A stretch of DNA of 46,180 nt from Lysobacterales bacterium (GTDB taxonomy: Bacteria > Pseudomonadota > Gammaproteobacteria > Xanthomonadales > SZUA-5). Where the stretch lies: NCBI GenBank assembly GCA_020442775.1, contig JAGRJL010000025.1:1-46180 (forward strand), read 5' to 3'. How positions within the stretch are numbered: position 1 is the stretch's first letter; each line of letters starts with the position of its first letter. The notes beneath the pieces are model-generated. The model worked only from the letters and a program-made list of their open reading frames with translations, made no database searches and was not told the origin of the DNA. The position numbers and the translations under genes were made by a program. Shown here one piece after another: positions 7,362-16,897 of the stretch.

Positions 7362-9218
7362 TTGAGGCTGGCTGCGTTGCGGGCTCAGCTGTGGTGGCTG
7401 GTGCCGGCGCTGCTCGCGCTGACGCTGGCCAGCCTCCGCGATCATCGTCTGCTGGACCGGTGGCTGCTTTCTGCAGGGCAATTCACCGATTGCGAAGGCG
7501 CCGCTGAGTGGCAGGACAGCGCGGTGCCGCGACTATTGCCGGGACAGGAATGTCGGCTCTGGCGGCTACCTTTTGAACTGGACCCGGCAGATTCGGCTGA
7601 GCAGCTGCTGGTGCTGACCGGATTTGGTCGGGATGCGCGGATCTGGATCAACGGCCAGCCCCTGCGTGATTTCGATTCCGGCTGGGGAGTGGACTACACC
7701 TCCATTCCGCAACGGCTGGCATTGCCGCCGGCGTGGCTGCGCAGTGGCCAAAACGAGCTGCGCCTGGAGTTGCACAGCGGCAGCAGCGATTACGACCGCA
7801 GCTACGTCGGCCGGGTGCTGCTGGGTCCGGCGAGCGTGCTCGAGGCACGCTTCGCGCAAATGCGCCGGCTCGGTCAGCAGGCCGCCCAGGTGTCGATCGT
7901 CTTCGCCATAGCAATTGCGCTGATGGTGCTGCCTATTGCCTGGTCCCGGCCCAGGCAGCGCAGCTATCGCTGGTTCGCGCTGGCGGTGCTGAGCAGCCAG
8001 CTGTTCGTATGGAACATGGGCTGGCCGCTGCGCCCCTTGCCGCACTTGCTGTGGCACACGGTGGCGCACGCCGGGCTCGCTATCGCGCTGTGGGCCCTGC
8101 TGCGCTACACGCTGTCGGTGAGCGATGCTCCCCGGGCGGCTGAGCGGCGGGTCAATCGGATCAGCGCGCTGGCGCTTGCGGCTCTGCTCTTGCGCTTGCT
8201 CGATCCGCGCGGCGAATGGGCCATGCTCTCGGTTGCGGGCGATTCGATTTACAGAATCGTCCTGCTGCTGCAGTTGCTGCAGCTGGGCTGGCTGTGGTGG
8301 CGCCAGCGCGGTCCAGCAAATCCGGTGGCGCGCTGGCTGGCGGCGGGCGCCGGTCTGACCCTGCTGGTCGGGATTGCCGACAGTCTGCGCGCCTACGGGA
8401 TCTACACCGGCGCGCTGACGCCCTACCTGCAGCACTGGGGGATCATGTATGTGCTGATCACCCTGCTGGTGGAACAGCTGCGGCAAGTGCTGGCCGCATT
8501 GTCGGCCGCCGAGGATGCCAAGATCCATCTGGGCGCAGCGCTGGCCCAACGCAGCGCCGAACTGCAGCACGAGTTCGCCCTGCGCCAGCAGGCCGAGCAG
8601 GCGCGCACCCTGGCCGAGGAACGGCAGCGACTGATGCGCGACATGCATGACGGCGTCGGTGGTCATCTGGTCGCGCTGATCGGCCAGCTGGAGGCGGGGC
8701 GCTCGGAGCCTGAGATTCTCAAGCCGCAACTGCGCAGTACGCTGGACGACCTGCGCCTGATGATCGACTCGCTCGACGATGCCTGCGCCGACCTCAGCGT
8801 AGCCCTCGGGATGCTGCGTCAGCGCCTGCAGCCGGGGCTCACCGGCCTCGATCTGCAGGTGCGCTGGAACACCGCTCACCTGCCTGATCTGGCACCGTGC
8901 TCTCCGGACGTGGTGCTGCAGGTGCTCAGGATCCTGCAGGAGGCGATCACCAACGCGGTCAAGCACGCGCGCTGCCGGCAGATCGAGATCGATGCCGCCT
9001 GGGTCAACGGCGAACTCAATCTGAGCGTCAGCGACGACGGCGCCGGACTCGACCCCGCGGCTGAGCCGGGGCGTGGGGTTCCCGGCATGCGCCAGCGTGC
9101 GGCACGGATCGGCGCTCGGCTGAGCTGGTCGACCCAAGACCCGGGTACCCGGGTGACGCTGGTCTTGCCTGGCGTCATCCCGGTGCAAATCGACGGTTGC
9201 CGACAGGCGCAAGCCTGA
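7362..9218 (+). CDS. Sensor histidine kinase: periplasmic domain + ~7 TM helices + HisKA_3 + HATPase_c
   Basis: TTG start at 7362 (no in-frame ATG nearby, so the start is uncertain). Order of elements: signal/TM, extracytoplasmic domain, about seven hydrophobic helices, H-box MRDMHDGVGGHLVAL (HisKA_3 type that pairs with NarL regulators), then ILQEAITNAVKHA...VSDDGAGL ATPase motifs. Confidence 0.85.
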   Translation: MRLAALRAQLWWLVPALLALTLASLRDHRLLDRWLLSAGQFTDCEGAAEWQDSAVPRLLPGQECRLWRLPFELDPADSAEQLLVLTGFGRDARIWINGQPLRDFDSGWGVDYTSIPQRLALPPAWLRSGQNELRLELHSGSSDYDRSYVGRVLLGPASVLEARFAQMRRLGQQAAQVSIVFAIAIALMVLPIAWSRPRQRSYRWFALAVLSSQLFVWNMGWPLRPLPHLLWHTVAHAGLAIALWALLRYTLSVSDAPRAAERRVNRISALALAALLLRLLDPRGEWAMLSVAGDSIYRIVLLLQLLQLGWLWWRQRGPANPVARWLAAGAGLTLLVGIADSLRAYGIYTGALTPYLQHWGIMYVLITLLVEQLRQVLAALSAAEDAKIHLGAALAQRSAELQHEFALRQQAEQARTLAEERQRLMRDMHDGVGGHLVALIGQLEAGRSEPEILKPQLRSTLDDLRLMIDSLDDACADLSVALGMLRQRLQPGLTGLDLQVRWNTAHLPDLAPCSPDVVLQVLRILQEAITNAVKHARCRQIEIDAAWVNGELNLSVSDDGAGLDPAAEPGRGVPGMRQRAARIGARLSWSTQDPGTRVTLVLPGVIPVQIDGCRQAQA

Positions 9219-9304
9219 GCTCAGGCTCTTTGGGTCGCGGCGTCAGCGCCGGTTGCGATGACGCGCCTTCCGGCATGTCGATTCCGAACGACTCTGCGCA
9301 GGCC

Positions 9305-12220
9305 TCAGGCGGCCTCCACCACCACCCGGTTCTTTCCCTGGGCCTTGCCGTGCAGCAGGCATTCGTCCGCGCGATTGATCGCCTGAATCGCATCTTCGCC
9401 GGGGCGTCGGCGTGACAGACCGATGGTGACGGTGATCTTGGGCAGCGGCCGGGTGGCAGCCAGCGGTTGGCTGGAAACGGCCTGGCGCACACGCTCGGCA
9501 ACTTCCAGTGCTTCCGCGTCGGTGGCGTCACGGACACAGAAGATGAACTCCTCGCCACCCCAGCGAGCGGCCAGATCCTCATCCTCACGGACCGCGCCGC
9601 GCAGACAGTCGGCCAGATGCTTGAGCACCAGATCGCCGACGTCGTGGCCGTAGATGTCGTTGAAGGACTTGAAATTATCGGCGTCGATGAGTGCGTAATG
9701 TTCTTCTTCGGGCGCCGGCGACTCGTCGATTCGGCTGAGGAATCCGCGGCGGTTGAGCAGCCCGGTGAGGTAGTCGGTGAAGGCAGCGACCGCGAGTGAG
9801 GCATTGGCCTCGCGCAGGGCTTCGGTCTGCCGTTCCACCTCACCCTGCAACATCCGGTTGCGCATCCGGATCCGCTGGGTGTGCCACATGGTCCAGAGCC
9901 AGCCAATGATCAGGACCGAGAATGCCCCGGCGATCTGGCCCCAGGCGGTTTGCCACCAGGCCGGCAGCACGTCGATGGGGAGCTGGGTCACTTCTCTGCC
10001 CCACAGGCCGTTGCCGCTGGCGGCCTGCAGTTCGAACAGGTAGTGACCGGGCTTGAGACCACTGAGCAGCGCCTCCGGGGTGGCGCTCACCCGACTCCAG
10101 TCCTTGCCGGAATCGCCCTGCAGACGCCAGCGGAAGCGGTTGGCGCTGGCGTGGCGGTAATCGGCGGCGATGTAGCGCAGACGCAGGCTGGCGACGCCGG
10201 AGGGAACCTGCAGGGCTTGCTCGGGGTTCAGCGCCAGCGGATTGCCGTCGGCCCAGGCGCCCACCACGGCTGCCGAGGGCGGTTTCAGCGACAGCGCAAC
10301 CTGCTCGGGCTCGAAACTGACAAAGCCACCCAGTCCACCGAAATAGATTCGCCCATCGGCCCCTTCGTCGCCGGAGCGCGCGTAGAACTCGTCCACCACC
10401 AGGCCGTCAGTGGTGCCGAACCGGGTGGTAGAGCGGTGGTCCAGATCGATCGCGATCACTCCACGGGTGGTGGCCGCCCACAGTCGTCCGCCGCCGAGGG
10501 CCAGACGCTGCACCGCGGTGTTGGGATAGTCCGGGATCAGCACCAGCTGCTCGTTGCTTTCCTGCTTGAGATCGAATGCCGTCAGCCCGAAGCTGGTCGC
10601 GGCCCAGATCAAATCCCCGGACAGCAGCAGGTCGTGCAGGGTGCCGTCGATGCCCAGCTTGTCGCGATCGAGTGCTTCGCGCTGACCATCGGCGCGAATG
10701 TGTACCGCGCCGGCCTCCCACAGTGCCAGCCAGATGCCGCCGTTGCCGTCCGCTTCGATGTCGGCAATCGAAGTGGCCGGGAGCTCGGCCGCAGCGCCGG
10801 CAGTCAGATGCGCGCGCAGCCCTTCCGGGCCATAGCGGAACAACCCGTCGGCCCAGGTTCCCACATCAATCTGACCGTCCTCACTTACCCTGAGCGCAGT
10901 GACCATCAGCTCCCGAACTTCGGCAAAGCGTGGGTCCGGCGCGAGGGTCCCGGTCGCCGGATCGAAGCGAAAAATGCCCATGCCGGTGCCCACCAGTACC
11001 CGGTCGCCTTCGCGACGCATGCGGATCACCGGATTGGCATCCGAACCGGAGATATGCTCGAAGCGATTCTCGCCGTCGATCTGGCGCAGGCGCCACAGTC
11101 CGCGGCGGGAACCAATCAGAATGTCGTCGCTGGCCAGTTCCAGCATCGCGTCAACCGTATCGAGTTCCGAGTCCAGACGATAGCCGTCAAATCCGGACAC
11201 CGTGGGCTGAACCTTGATTGCGCCCGCTTCGCGGGTGGCGAGCCAGCTGACGCCCCCCTCATCGACATGAAAGGCGCGAATGTTTCGTTCAGGGAACATC
11301 ACCGGATCGCTGCTGCCGAAGGGACCGATGATCCGTCCCTCGGGGCTGACCGAGCGGACCCCGGCGAGGGTGCCGATCAGGATCTCGCCGTCCGGGCCCT
11401 GCGCCAGGGTGTTCACCAGGGGCAGATCGCTGATCACCCGCTTCGGCACCTGCCCCGGCACCGCCCCGTAGACCGCGCCTTCGTCGCCCACCCACAGCTG
11501 CTCGGCGGCAAACACCAGCGCGCGCGGGTGATTGAGCCAGCCCTCGGCAGGCGCCGGCAACAGCCTGCCGCTGTGCACCTCGTGCACGCCTTCCGCATCG
11601 GCCAGCCAGAGTTGCCCCGAAGGCCCGGTAGACAACGACCAGACCCGGGAAAACGGGCGCCCATCGGGCCGGTTGACCGGCGTCGCCTCGCTGCCGCCCG
11701 GTTCCAGGCGAAACAGGCCTGCATCGGCCGAACCGACCCAGATGCTGCCGCTGGCATCCTCGGTCATGATCTGGATGTTTCTCGGTGCGGCGTTCGGATT
11801 CAGGTGTTCAAAGCTGCCGTCCAGGTCGGTGAGGCGATTCAGTCCGCCGCCCCAGGTGCCGATCAGCACCTCGCCCCGGGAGGTCGCCAGCACCTGCCCG
11901 GCAGCAGAATTGGTCAGCGACAGCGGATCCTGCGGCTGGTGGACGAAGAACTGGATCTGATAACCGTCGTAGACATTGGCGCCGCCGGCCGCGCTGCCCA
12001 GCCAGATCCGTCCCAGTTGATCCTGGCTGATGCTGAAGATGGTCGAATCGGAGAGTCCATCGGACAGGCTCAGGCTTTCCACATGAGTGGTGCTACGGGC
12101 GGTCCAGATCGGCGGCTCCGCCGATGCGGGCGAGAGCGTCGGCAGGCCGGCCACAAGCAGCCAGCAGAGCAGGGTCTGCAGCAATCGATTGGCTGATGTG
12201 GCGCTCACTCGCTCGCTCAC
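9305..12220 (-). CDS. Periplasmic two-component-regulator-propeller / Y_Y_Y sensor diguanylate cyclase (971 aa)
   Basis: GTG start at 12220 with a signal peptide (LLCWLLVAGLPTLSPASA). Repeated W.G...GL propeller blades, then a Y_Y_Y-like segment (LRLRYIAADYRH...GHYLFELQA), one TM helix and a GGDEF domain with an intact active site (ARWGGEEFIF). The I-site position reads EDED rather than RxxD. Confidence 0.9.
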   Translation of the reverse strand: MSERVSATSANRLLQTLLCWLLVAGLPTLSPASAEPPIWTARSTTHVESLSLSDGLSDSTIFSISQDQLGRIWLGSAAGGANVYDGYQIQFFVHQPQDPLSLTNSAAGQVLATSRGEVLIGTWGGGLNRLTDLDGSFEHLNPNAAPRNIQIMTEDASGSIWVGSADAGLFRLEPGGSEATPVNRPDGRPFSRVWSLSTGPSGQLWLADAEGVHEVHSGRLLPAPAEGWLNHPRALVFAAEQLWVGDEGAVYGAVPGQVPKRVISDLPLVNTLAQGPDGEILIGTLAGVRSVSPEGRIIGPFGSSDPVMFPERNIRAFHVDEGGVSWLATREAGAIKVQPTVSGFDGYRLDSELDTVDAMLELASDDILIGSRRGLWRLRQIDGENRFEHISGSDANPVIRMRREGDRVLVGTGMGIFRFDPATGTLAPDPRFAEVRELMVTALRVSEDGQIDVGTWADGLFRYGPEGLRAHLTAGAAAELPATSIADIEADGNGGIWLALWEAGAVHIRADGQREALDRDKLGIDGTLHDLLLSGDLIWAATSFGLTAFDLKQESNEQLVLIPDYPNTAVQRLALGGGRLWAATTRGVIAIDLDHRSTTRFGTTDGLVVDEFYARSGDEGADGRIYFGGLGGFVSFEPEQVALSLKPPSAAVVGAWADGNPLALNPEQALQVPSGVASLRLRYIAADYRHASANRFRWRLQGDSGKDWSRVSATPEALLSGLKPGHYLFELQAASGNGLWGREVTQLPIDVLPAWWQTAWGQIAGAFSVLIIGWLWTMWHTQRIRMRNRMLQGEVERQTEALREANASLAVAAFTDYLTGLLNRRGFLSRIDESPAPEEEHYALIDADNFKSFNDIYGHDVGDLVLKHLADCLRGAVREDEDLAARWGGEEFIFCVRDATDAEALEVAERVRQAVSSQPLAATRPLPKITVTIGLSRRRPGEDAIQAINRADECLLHGKAQGKNRVVVEAA

Positions 12221-12398
12221 TCCTTTGTCGTCCGCATCCTGGTGTTGCTGAACATCGGTCCTTGCCAGCGTTGGTTGCCGGCACCTGCGGATGCCTGGTC
12301 TGTTAGCGGACTGCCCCCATTAGACCCAATTTTTTCGCCTCAAGTGGGGAGAATCCGTGAAACTGCGTGACCGCACGGTTTCGGTACCTCGGCGGGTG

Positions 12399-13631
12399 TC
12401 AGCTGCAGACGCAGTCTCGTCCCGCGTCCTTGGCTCTGTAGAGGGCCGCATCGGCGTCGCGGAGCAGCTGTTCAAGATCTATCGGCGCCGGATCACAGTC
12501 CGCCGCGCCGATCGATACGCTGCGGGCGACCGCTTCGCCGTCTGCATCAATCACCGTGTCCCGGGCAGCCGCGCGCAGCCGTTCGGCGATCTGCAGGGCC
12601 TCCGGCAGCGGCGTCTGAGTCAGCAACGCGGCGAACTCCTCACCACCGATGCGCGCCAGCAGGTCACTGCCGCGCAATTCCTGGCGGAATCGGTTGCTGA
12701 GTTCCCGCAGCAGCTGATCGCCGCTCAGATGACCGTGCTCATCGTTGACCGACTTGAAGTAGTCGATGTCGATCATCAGCAGGGTCAGCGGCGCCGGGTA
12801 GCGTCTGCTGCGGGCCAACTCCGCCCGGGCATCGCTGAAAAAGGCGCGGCGATTGAGCAGGCCGGTGAGCGGATCCACTCTGGAGAGCTTGCGCAGCGAC
12901 TGGCGTGACTGCTCGAGCTCGCTTTCCAGCCGGGCGGTGCACAGCATCATGAAACCAAAACCCCACAAGGTGGCGAACACCGCGTTGGCGGCATAGCTCA
13001 GGATCGACGAGATCTGTGGCGCGAGCACGTCAAAACCCGATCCGGCCAGGGTGAACTGAAGGCCGCGGGCGAAACGAATCAGACCGAAACTGCCCAGCAG
13101 CAGGGCGCACCAGCGACCGGAACGGCGCAGCGCCGCGGGCGTCAGCGTGAGCAACTGCCAGCCCACCACGATTCCCAACAGGCCCACTCCGCAGGCGCCG
13201 ATCGCGCGGTGGCGCAGGGGGTTTGCCGGATCGTGCAGCGCAGTCATCAGAGTCAGGGTGATCAGCGCGACCGCGATTGGCAGCAGCGGGGCCTGGCTGG
13301 CGCCGCTGAATCGACGGTGTCCTTCGGCGATCGCCAGCAGACTGGCCATCCCCAGCGCGGTGGGGCCGACCAGCGCGACCCAGGGCGGCACCAGTCCGCG
13401 CAGACCGATGCTGCTGATCGCCAGTGCGAACAGCAGCAGCGAAGCCACCCACCAGTGGTACCCGGGGTAGACCCGGCGAGCATGGCCGAACGCATAGGCG
13501 AGCGCCGCCAGCAGCAGGCTGATGGCGGTGGTGTAGATCGCCAGGGTGCGCGGGTCCAGTTCCACGCCGAGTTCTCCGGCGCCAGCGACAACGCCATTGT
13601 GCCAAGCGCGTCGCTCGACACCACGCCGCAA
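12399..13631 (-). CDS. Multi-pass membrane diguanylate cyclase (GGDEF), 410 aa
   Basis: About 6-7 N-terminal hydrophobic helices followed by DPLTGLLNRRAF...DIDYFKSVNDEHGH...RGSDLLARIGGEEFAAL. This gives an intact GGEEF active site with an RGSD I-site in register. Confidence 0.9.
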   Translation of the reverse strand: MRRGVERRAWHNGVVAGAGELGVELDPRTLAIYTTAISLLLAALAYAFGHARRVYPGYHWWVASLLLFALAISSIGLRGLVPPWVALVGPTALGMASLLAIAEGHRRFSGASQAPLLPIAVALITLTLMTALHDPANPLRHRAIGACGVGLLGIVVGWQLLTLTPAALRRSGRWCALLLGSFGLIRFARGLQFTLAGSGFDVLAPQISSILSYAANAVFATLWGFGFMMLCTARLESELEQSRQSLRKLSRVDPLTGLLNRRAFFSDARAELARSRRYPAPLTLLMIDIDYFKSVNDEHGHLSGDQLLRELSNRFRQELRGSDLLARIGGEEFAALLTQTPLPEALQIAERLRAAARDTVIDADGEAVARSVSIGAADCDPAPIDLEQLLRDADAALYRAKDAGRDCVCS

Positions 13632-13807
13632 TCTTCAAGCATTGCAGCGCTGGCGCGAACTTCTATCCGCAACGCAGTGGGCCAATCCAGAACGGGCTGT
13701 GCTCGTCGAGACGGAAGATTTGCCCCCGATCCCGCTTTGCTGCAATCTTGCCGGCCCTTTTTCGCGACCGCGGCCCCAAGCCGTGGTCCTCCCTTGAATC
13801 GAGAGCC

Positions 13808-16717
13808 ATGGACAAGAGTTTTGACCCCAAAGCCGTTGAGGCGCGCTGGTATCCACAGTGGGAGCAGTCCGGTGCCTTTGCACCGACTGCGCAGGCCGAA
13901 GCCTTCTGCATCCTGCTGCCGCCGCCCAACGTCACCGGCACCCTGCACATGGGGCACGCCTTCCAGCAGACCCTGATGGATCTGATGGTGCGCTACCAGC
14001 GCATGCGCGGGCGCAGCGTGCTGTGGCAGTGCGGTACCGACCACGCCGGTATCGCTACCCAGAAAATCGTTGAAAATCAATTGGCTGCTGTGGGGGAGAG
14101 TCGCCATGATCTGGGTCGGGAGGGCTTTATCGACCGGGTCTGGCAATGGAAGGAGCAGTCCGGCTCGCAGATCACCCAGCAGATGCGTCGGCTCGGCGCC
14201 TCCTGCGACTGGTCGCGCGAGCGCTTCACCATGGATGAGGGGCTTTCGGCGGCGGTACGCAAGGTGTTTGTGGACTGGTACCGCGATGGCCTGATCTACC
14301 GGGGCAAGCGCCTGGTGCACTGGGATCCGGTGCTGATGACCGCGGTCTCCGATCTGGAGGTCAACAACGAAGAGCGCAACGGCCACCTGTGGTCGATCCG
14401 CTATCCCACCGCCGACGGGGGCGAAGGCGTGGTGGTGGCCACCACCCGACCGGAAACCATGCTCGGCGACGTCGCTGTCGCGGTGCACCCCAGCGACGAG
14501 CGCTACGCGCATCTGGTCGGCACCCAGCTGGTGCTGCCGCTGACCGGGCGCACCATCCCGGTGATCGCCGACGCCTACGTCGATCGCGAATTCGGCACTG
14601 GCTGCGTGAAGATCACTCCGGCGCACGACTTCAACGACTATCAGATCGGTCAGCGTCATCGGATCGAGCCGATGTCGATCTTCACACTGGACGGCAGGGT
14701 CAACGAGCTGGCCCCGGAGGTCTATCAGGGGCTGGACCGCTTCGAGGCGCGCAAGCGGGTGCTGGCCGACCTAGAGGCCCAGGGCCTGCTGGTGGAGACC
14801 AAACCGCACAAGCTCAGCATCCCGATCAGCCAGCGCACCGACGCGGTGATTGAACCGATGCTCACCGATCAGTGGTTTGTGGACCTGACCAGTGAAACGC
14901 AGCCGGACGGTCGTCCCGGCGGCAAGACCGCGATCACCGACCCGGCGCTCAATGCGGTGCTGGATGGACAGATCCGGTTTGTGCCGGAGAACTGGAGCAC
15001 CACCTATCGCCAGTGGCTGGAGAACATCCAGGACTGGTGCGTCTCCCGGCAGCTTTGGTGGGGTCACCAGATTCCGGCCTGGTATGACGAGGCCGGCACC
15101 ATCTTCGTCGGTCATGATCAGGAAGAAGCGGTGGCCTGGGCCGCTGCTCAGGGCCTTCCCGCACCGCAGGGCGAACTGACTCGCGATCCGGACGTGCTCG
15201 ATACCTGGTTCAGTTCAGCGCTGTGGCCCTTCTCGACCCTGGGCTGGCCCGGCGATAGCCCGGAGCGAGCCGCCGAATGGGCCGACTTCCAGCGCTTTGT
15301 ACCCTCGTCGGTGATGGTCACCGGCTTCGACATCATCTTTTTCTGGGTCGCGCGGATGGTGATGGCGACCACCTATTTCGTCGGTCGCCAGCCCGACGGC
15401 AGCTATAGCCCCGAACGATCACAGCTGGCCCAGCGGATTCCCTTCGAGACGGTCTATATCAACGCCATCGTGCGTGATGCCGAAGGGCAGAAGATGAGCA
15501 AGTCCAAGGGCAATACGATTGATCCGCTGGACCTGATCGACGGCATCAGCCTGGACACGCTGGTCGCCAAATCCACCGCCTCGCTGCTGATCCCGCAGCT
15601 GAAGGAAAAGGTGGAAAAGCGAATCCGCCGCGATTATCCGGAGGGAATCACCCCGGTGGGCGCCGATGCGCTGCGCTTCACCTTTGCCGCGCTGGCCACC
15701 CACGGGCGCACCATCAATTTCGACATGCAGCGCTGCGAGGGCTACAAGAACTTCTGCAACAAGCTGTGGAATGCGGCGAGATTTGTTGCCATGAATCTGG
15801 AGGGCCTAGGGCCCGGGGCTCAGGGCCCAGGAGGATGTCGCGCGCTGCCGTCTGCGGAGAGTGCGGCCGAGCGCTGGATACTTGGGCGGCTGGTGCAGAC
15901 CTGTGCCGAGTATCACCAGCATATCGCCGAGTACCGCTTTGATCTGGCCGCGCAGGCGGTTTATGCCTTTGTCTGGGACGAGTACTGCGACTGGTTCCTG
16001 GAGTTGGCCAAGCCGGCGATGCAGGGCGATGACGCCGCGCGCAAGGCGTCGACCACCCACACCCTGCTGCACGTACTCGAAGCGGTGCTGCGTCTGCTGC
16101 ACCCGATCACGCCGTTCATCACCGAGGAGATCTGGCAGCATCTGAAGCCGCATTTCGGGGTCACCGAGGCGTTCCTCGGCGAGGCGCCGCAGCCCTATGC
16201 CGAGGCTGATCAGCCGCGTCCTGCCGTCGATGCCGATGCCGATGCCGATGTGCAGTGGCTGCAGGCCTGCCTTAGCGGAATCCGCAAGATCCGCGGCGAG
16301 ATGAATCTGTCACCGGGCAAGCCGCTGGACCTGCTGCTGACTGGCGGCGGCAGCGTCGACCGCGAGCGCATCGAACACTATACCGACGCCTTCGCCCTGT
16401 TGGCCCGAATTCAAAGCCACGCCTGGCTGGAATCGGGCGTCGAACCGCCGGCTTCGGCGATGGCGCTGGTGGGCGAGTTGAAGCTGCTGGTCCCGCTGGC
16501 CGGTCTGATCGACGTGGACGCCGAATTGAAGCGGCTGGACAAGGAGATCGGCAAGGTTGCCGCTGATCTGGCCAAGGCCGAGGCCAAGCTGGCCAACCCC
16601 AAGTTCGTCGGCGGTGCGCCCGAGGCGGTAATCAACCAGGAACGTCAGCGAGTGAGCGAGTTTGGCGCACGCAAGGCGGAGTTGGAGGCGCAGCGGGGCA
16701 AGCTGGCGGCTGGCTAG
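13808..16717 (+). CDS. valS: Valine--tRNA ligase
   Basis: MDKSFDPKAVEARWYPQWEQ..., HIGH-type motif PPPNVTGTLHMGHAF, KMSKS present (GQKMSKSKGNTIDP), C-terminal coiled coil. Start set at ATG 13808 rather than the track start 13748. Confidence 0.97.
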   Translation: MDKSFDPKAVEARWYPQWEQSGAFAPTAQAEAFCILLPPPNVTGTLHMGHAFQQTLMDLMVRYQRMRGRSVLWQCGTDHAGIATQKIVENQLAAVGESRHDLGREGFIDRVWQWKEQSGSQITQQMRRLGASCDWSRERFTMDEGLSAAVRKVFVDWYRDGLIYRGKRLVHWDPVLMTAVSDLEVNNEERNGHLWSIRYPTADGGEGVVVATTRPETMLGDVAVAVHPSDERYAHLVGTQLVLPLTGRTIPVIADAYVDREFGTGCVKITPAHDFNDYQIGQRHRIEPMSIFTLDGRVNELAPEVYQGLDRFEARKRVLADLEAQGLLVETKPHKLSIPISQRTDAVIEPMLTDQWFVDLTSETQPDGRPGGKTAITDPALNAVLDGQIRFVPENWSTTYRQWLENIQDWCVSRQLWWGHQIPAWYDEAGTIFVGHDQEEAVAWAAAQGLPAPQGELTRDPDVLDTWFSSALWPFSTLGWPGDSPERAAEWADFQRFVPSSVMVTGFDIIFFWVARMVMATTYFVGRQPDGSYSPERSQLAQRIPFETVYINAIVRDAEGQKMSKSKGNTIDPLDLIDGISLDTLVAKSTASLLIPQLKEKVEKRIRRDYPEGITPVGADALRFTFAALATHGRTINFDMQRCEGYKNFCNKLWNAARFVAMNLEGLGPGAQGPGGCRALPSAESAAERWILGRLVQTCAEYHQHIAEYRFDLAAQAVYAFVWDEYCDWFLELAKPAMQGDDAARKASTTHTLLHVLEAVLRLLHPITPFITEEIWQHLKPHFGVTEAFLGEAPQPYAEADQPRPAVDADADADVQWLQACLSGIRKIRGEMNLSPGKPLDLLLTGGGSVDRERIEHYTDAFALLARIQSHAWLESGVEPPASAMALVGELKLLVPLAGLIDVDAELKRLDKEIGKVAADLAKAEAKLANPKFVGGAPEAVINQERQRVSEFGARKAELEAQRGKLAAG
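16229..16250 (+). repeat. (GATGCC)3.7 hexanucleotide microsatellite inside valS
   Basis: gatgcc gatgcc gatgcc gatg, encoding DADADAD in the linker before the C-terminal coiled coil. It is in frame. Confidence 0.9.
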
Positions 16718-16897
16718 CGAGCGGGCTGGCAGGCGAGTTTCCAAAGGCCCAGATACACGACCTATCCAGCCAGGCGAAATACCGGTCGCCTGCAGGCAGG
16801 CTCCTAAAAATGCGTCTGGGGCAGCGGCCACGGCGAATCATCCCGCCAGCCGCCGTGCTTTTCCCTGGCTACTGGAACTGGCTACTGGCACTCGCTT

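Noticed and set aside
7566-9212. Very long ORFs antisense to or overlapping the called genes. Examples: 7566..9212 (548 aa), 9881..12196 (771 aa), 13262..14659 (465 aa), 4632..5744 (370 aa), 22836..24044 (402 aa), 39066..40304 (412 aa), 42227..43975 (582 aa), 44046..45119 (357 aa).
   Set aside because: These are typical high-GC artefacts. Their translations are Arg/Gly/Pro/Ala/Gln-rich low-complexity sequences without motifs, whereas the opposite-strand or alternative-frame genes carry unambiguous family signatures (HisKA_3/HATPase, GGDEF, valS, OXA fold, GTPase P-loop, HDAC).
9212-9227. Perfect 16-nt palindrome AGCCTGAGCTCAGGCT overlapping the kinase stop codon.
   Set aside because: It would form only a 6-bp stem with a 4-nt loop and a weak CTTTGGG tail. 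It could be a minor terminator, but it is indistinguishable from a chance palindrome containing a SacI-like site.
16229-16250. (GATGCC)n microsatellite in valS as a possible phase-variation or contingency site.
   Set aside because: The unit length is a multiple of three, so slippage keeps the frame. It lies in a variable Asp/Ala linker of an essential housekeeping gene, so it is most likely neutral.
16867-16892. Tandem 13-mer GGCTACTGGAACT GGCTACTGGCACT just downstream of the 16898..17650 gene, plus a hairpin CACGGCG...CGCCGTG followed by CTTTTCC (16829-16865).
   Set aside because: There are only two repeat copies and a modest 7-bp stem with a 15-nt loop. It may be the valS terminator, but the evidence is too weak to annotate.
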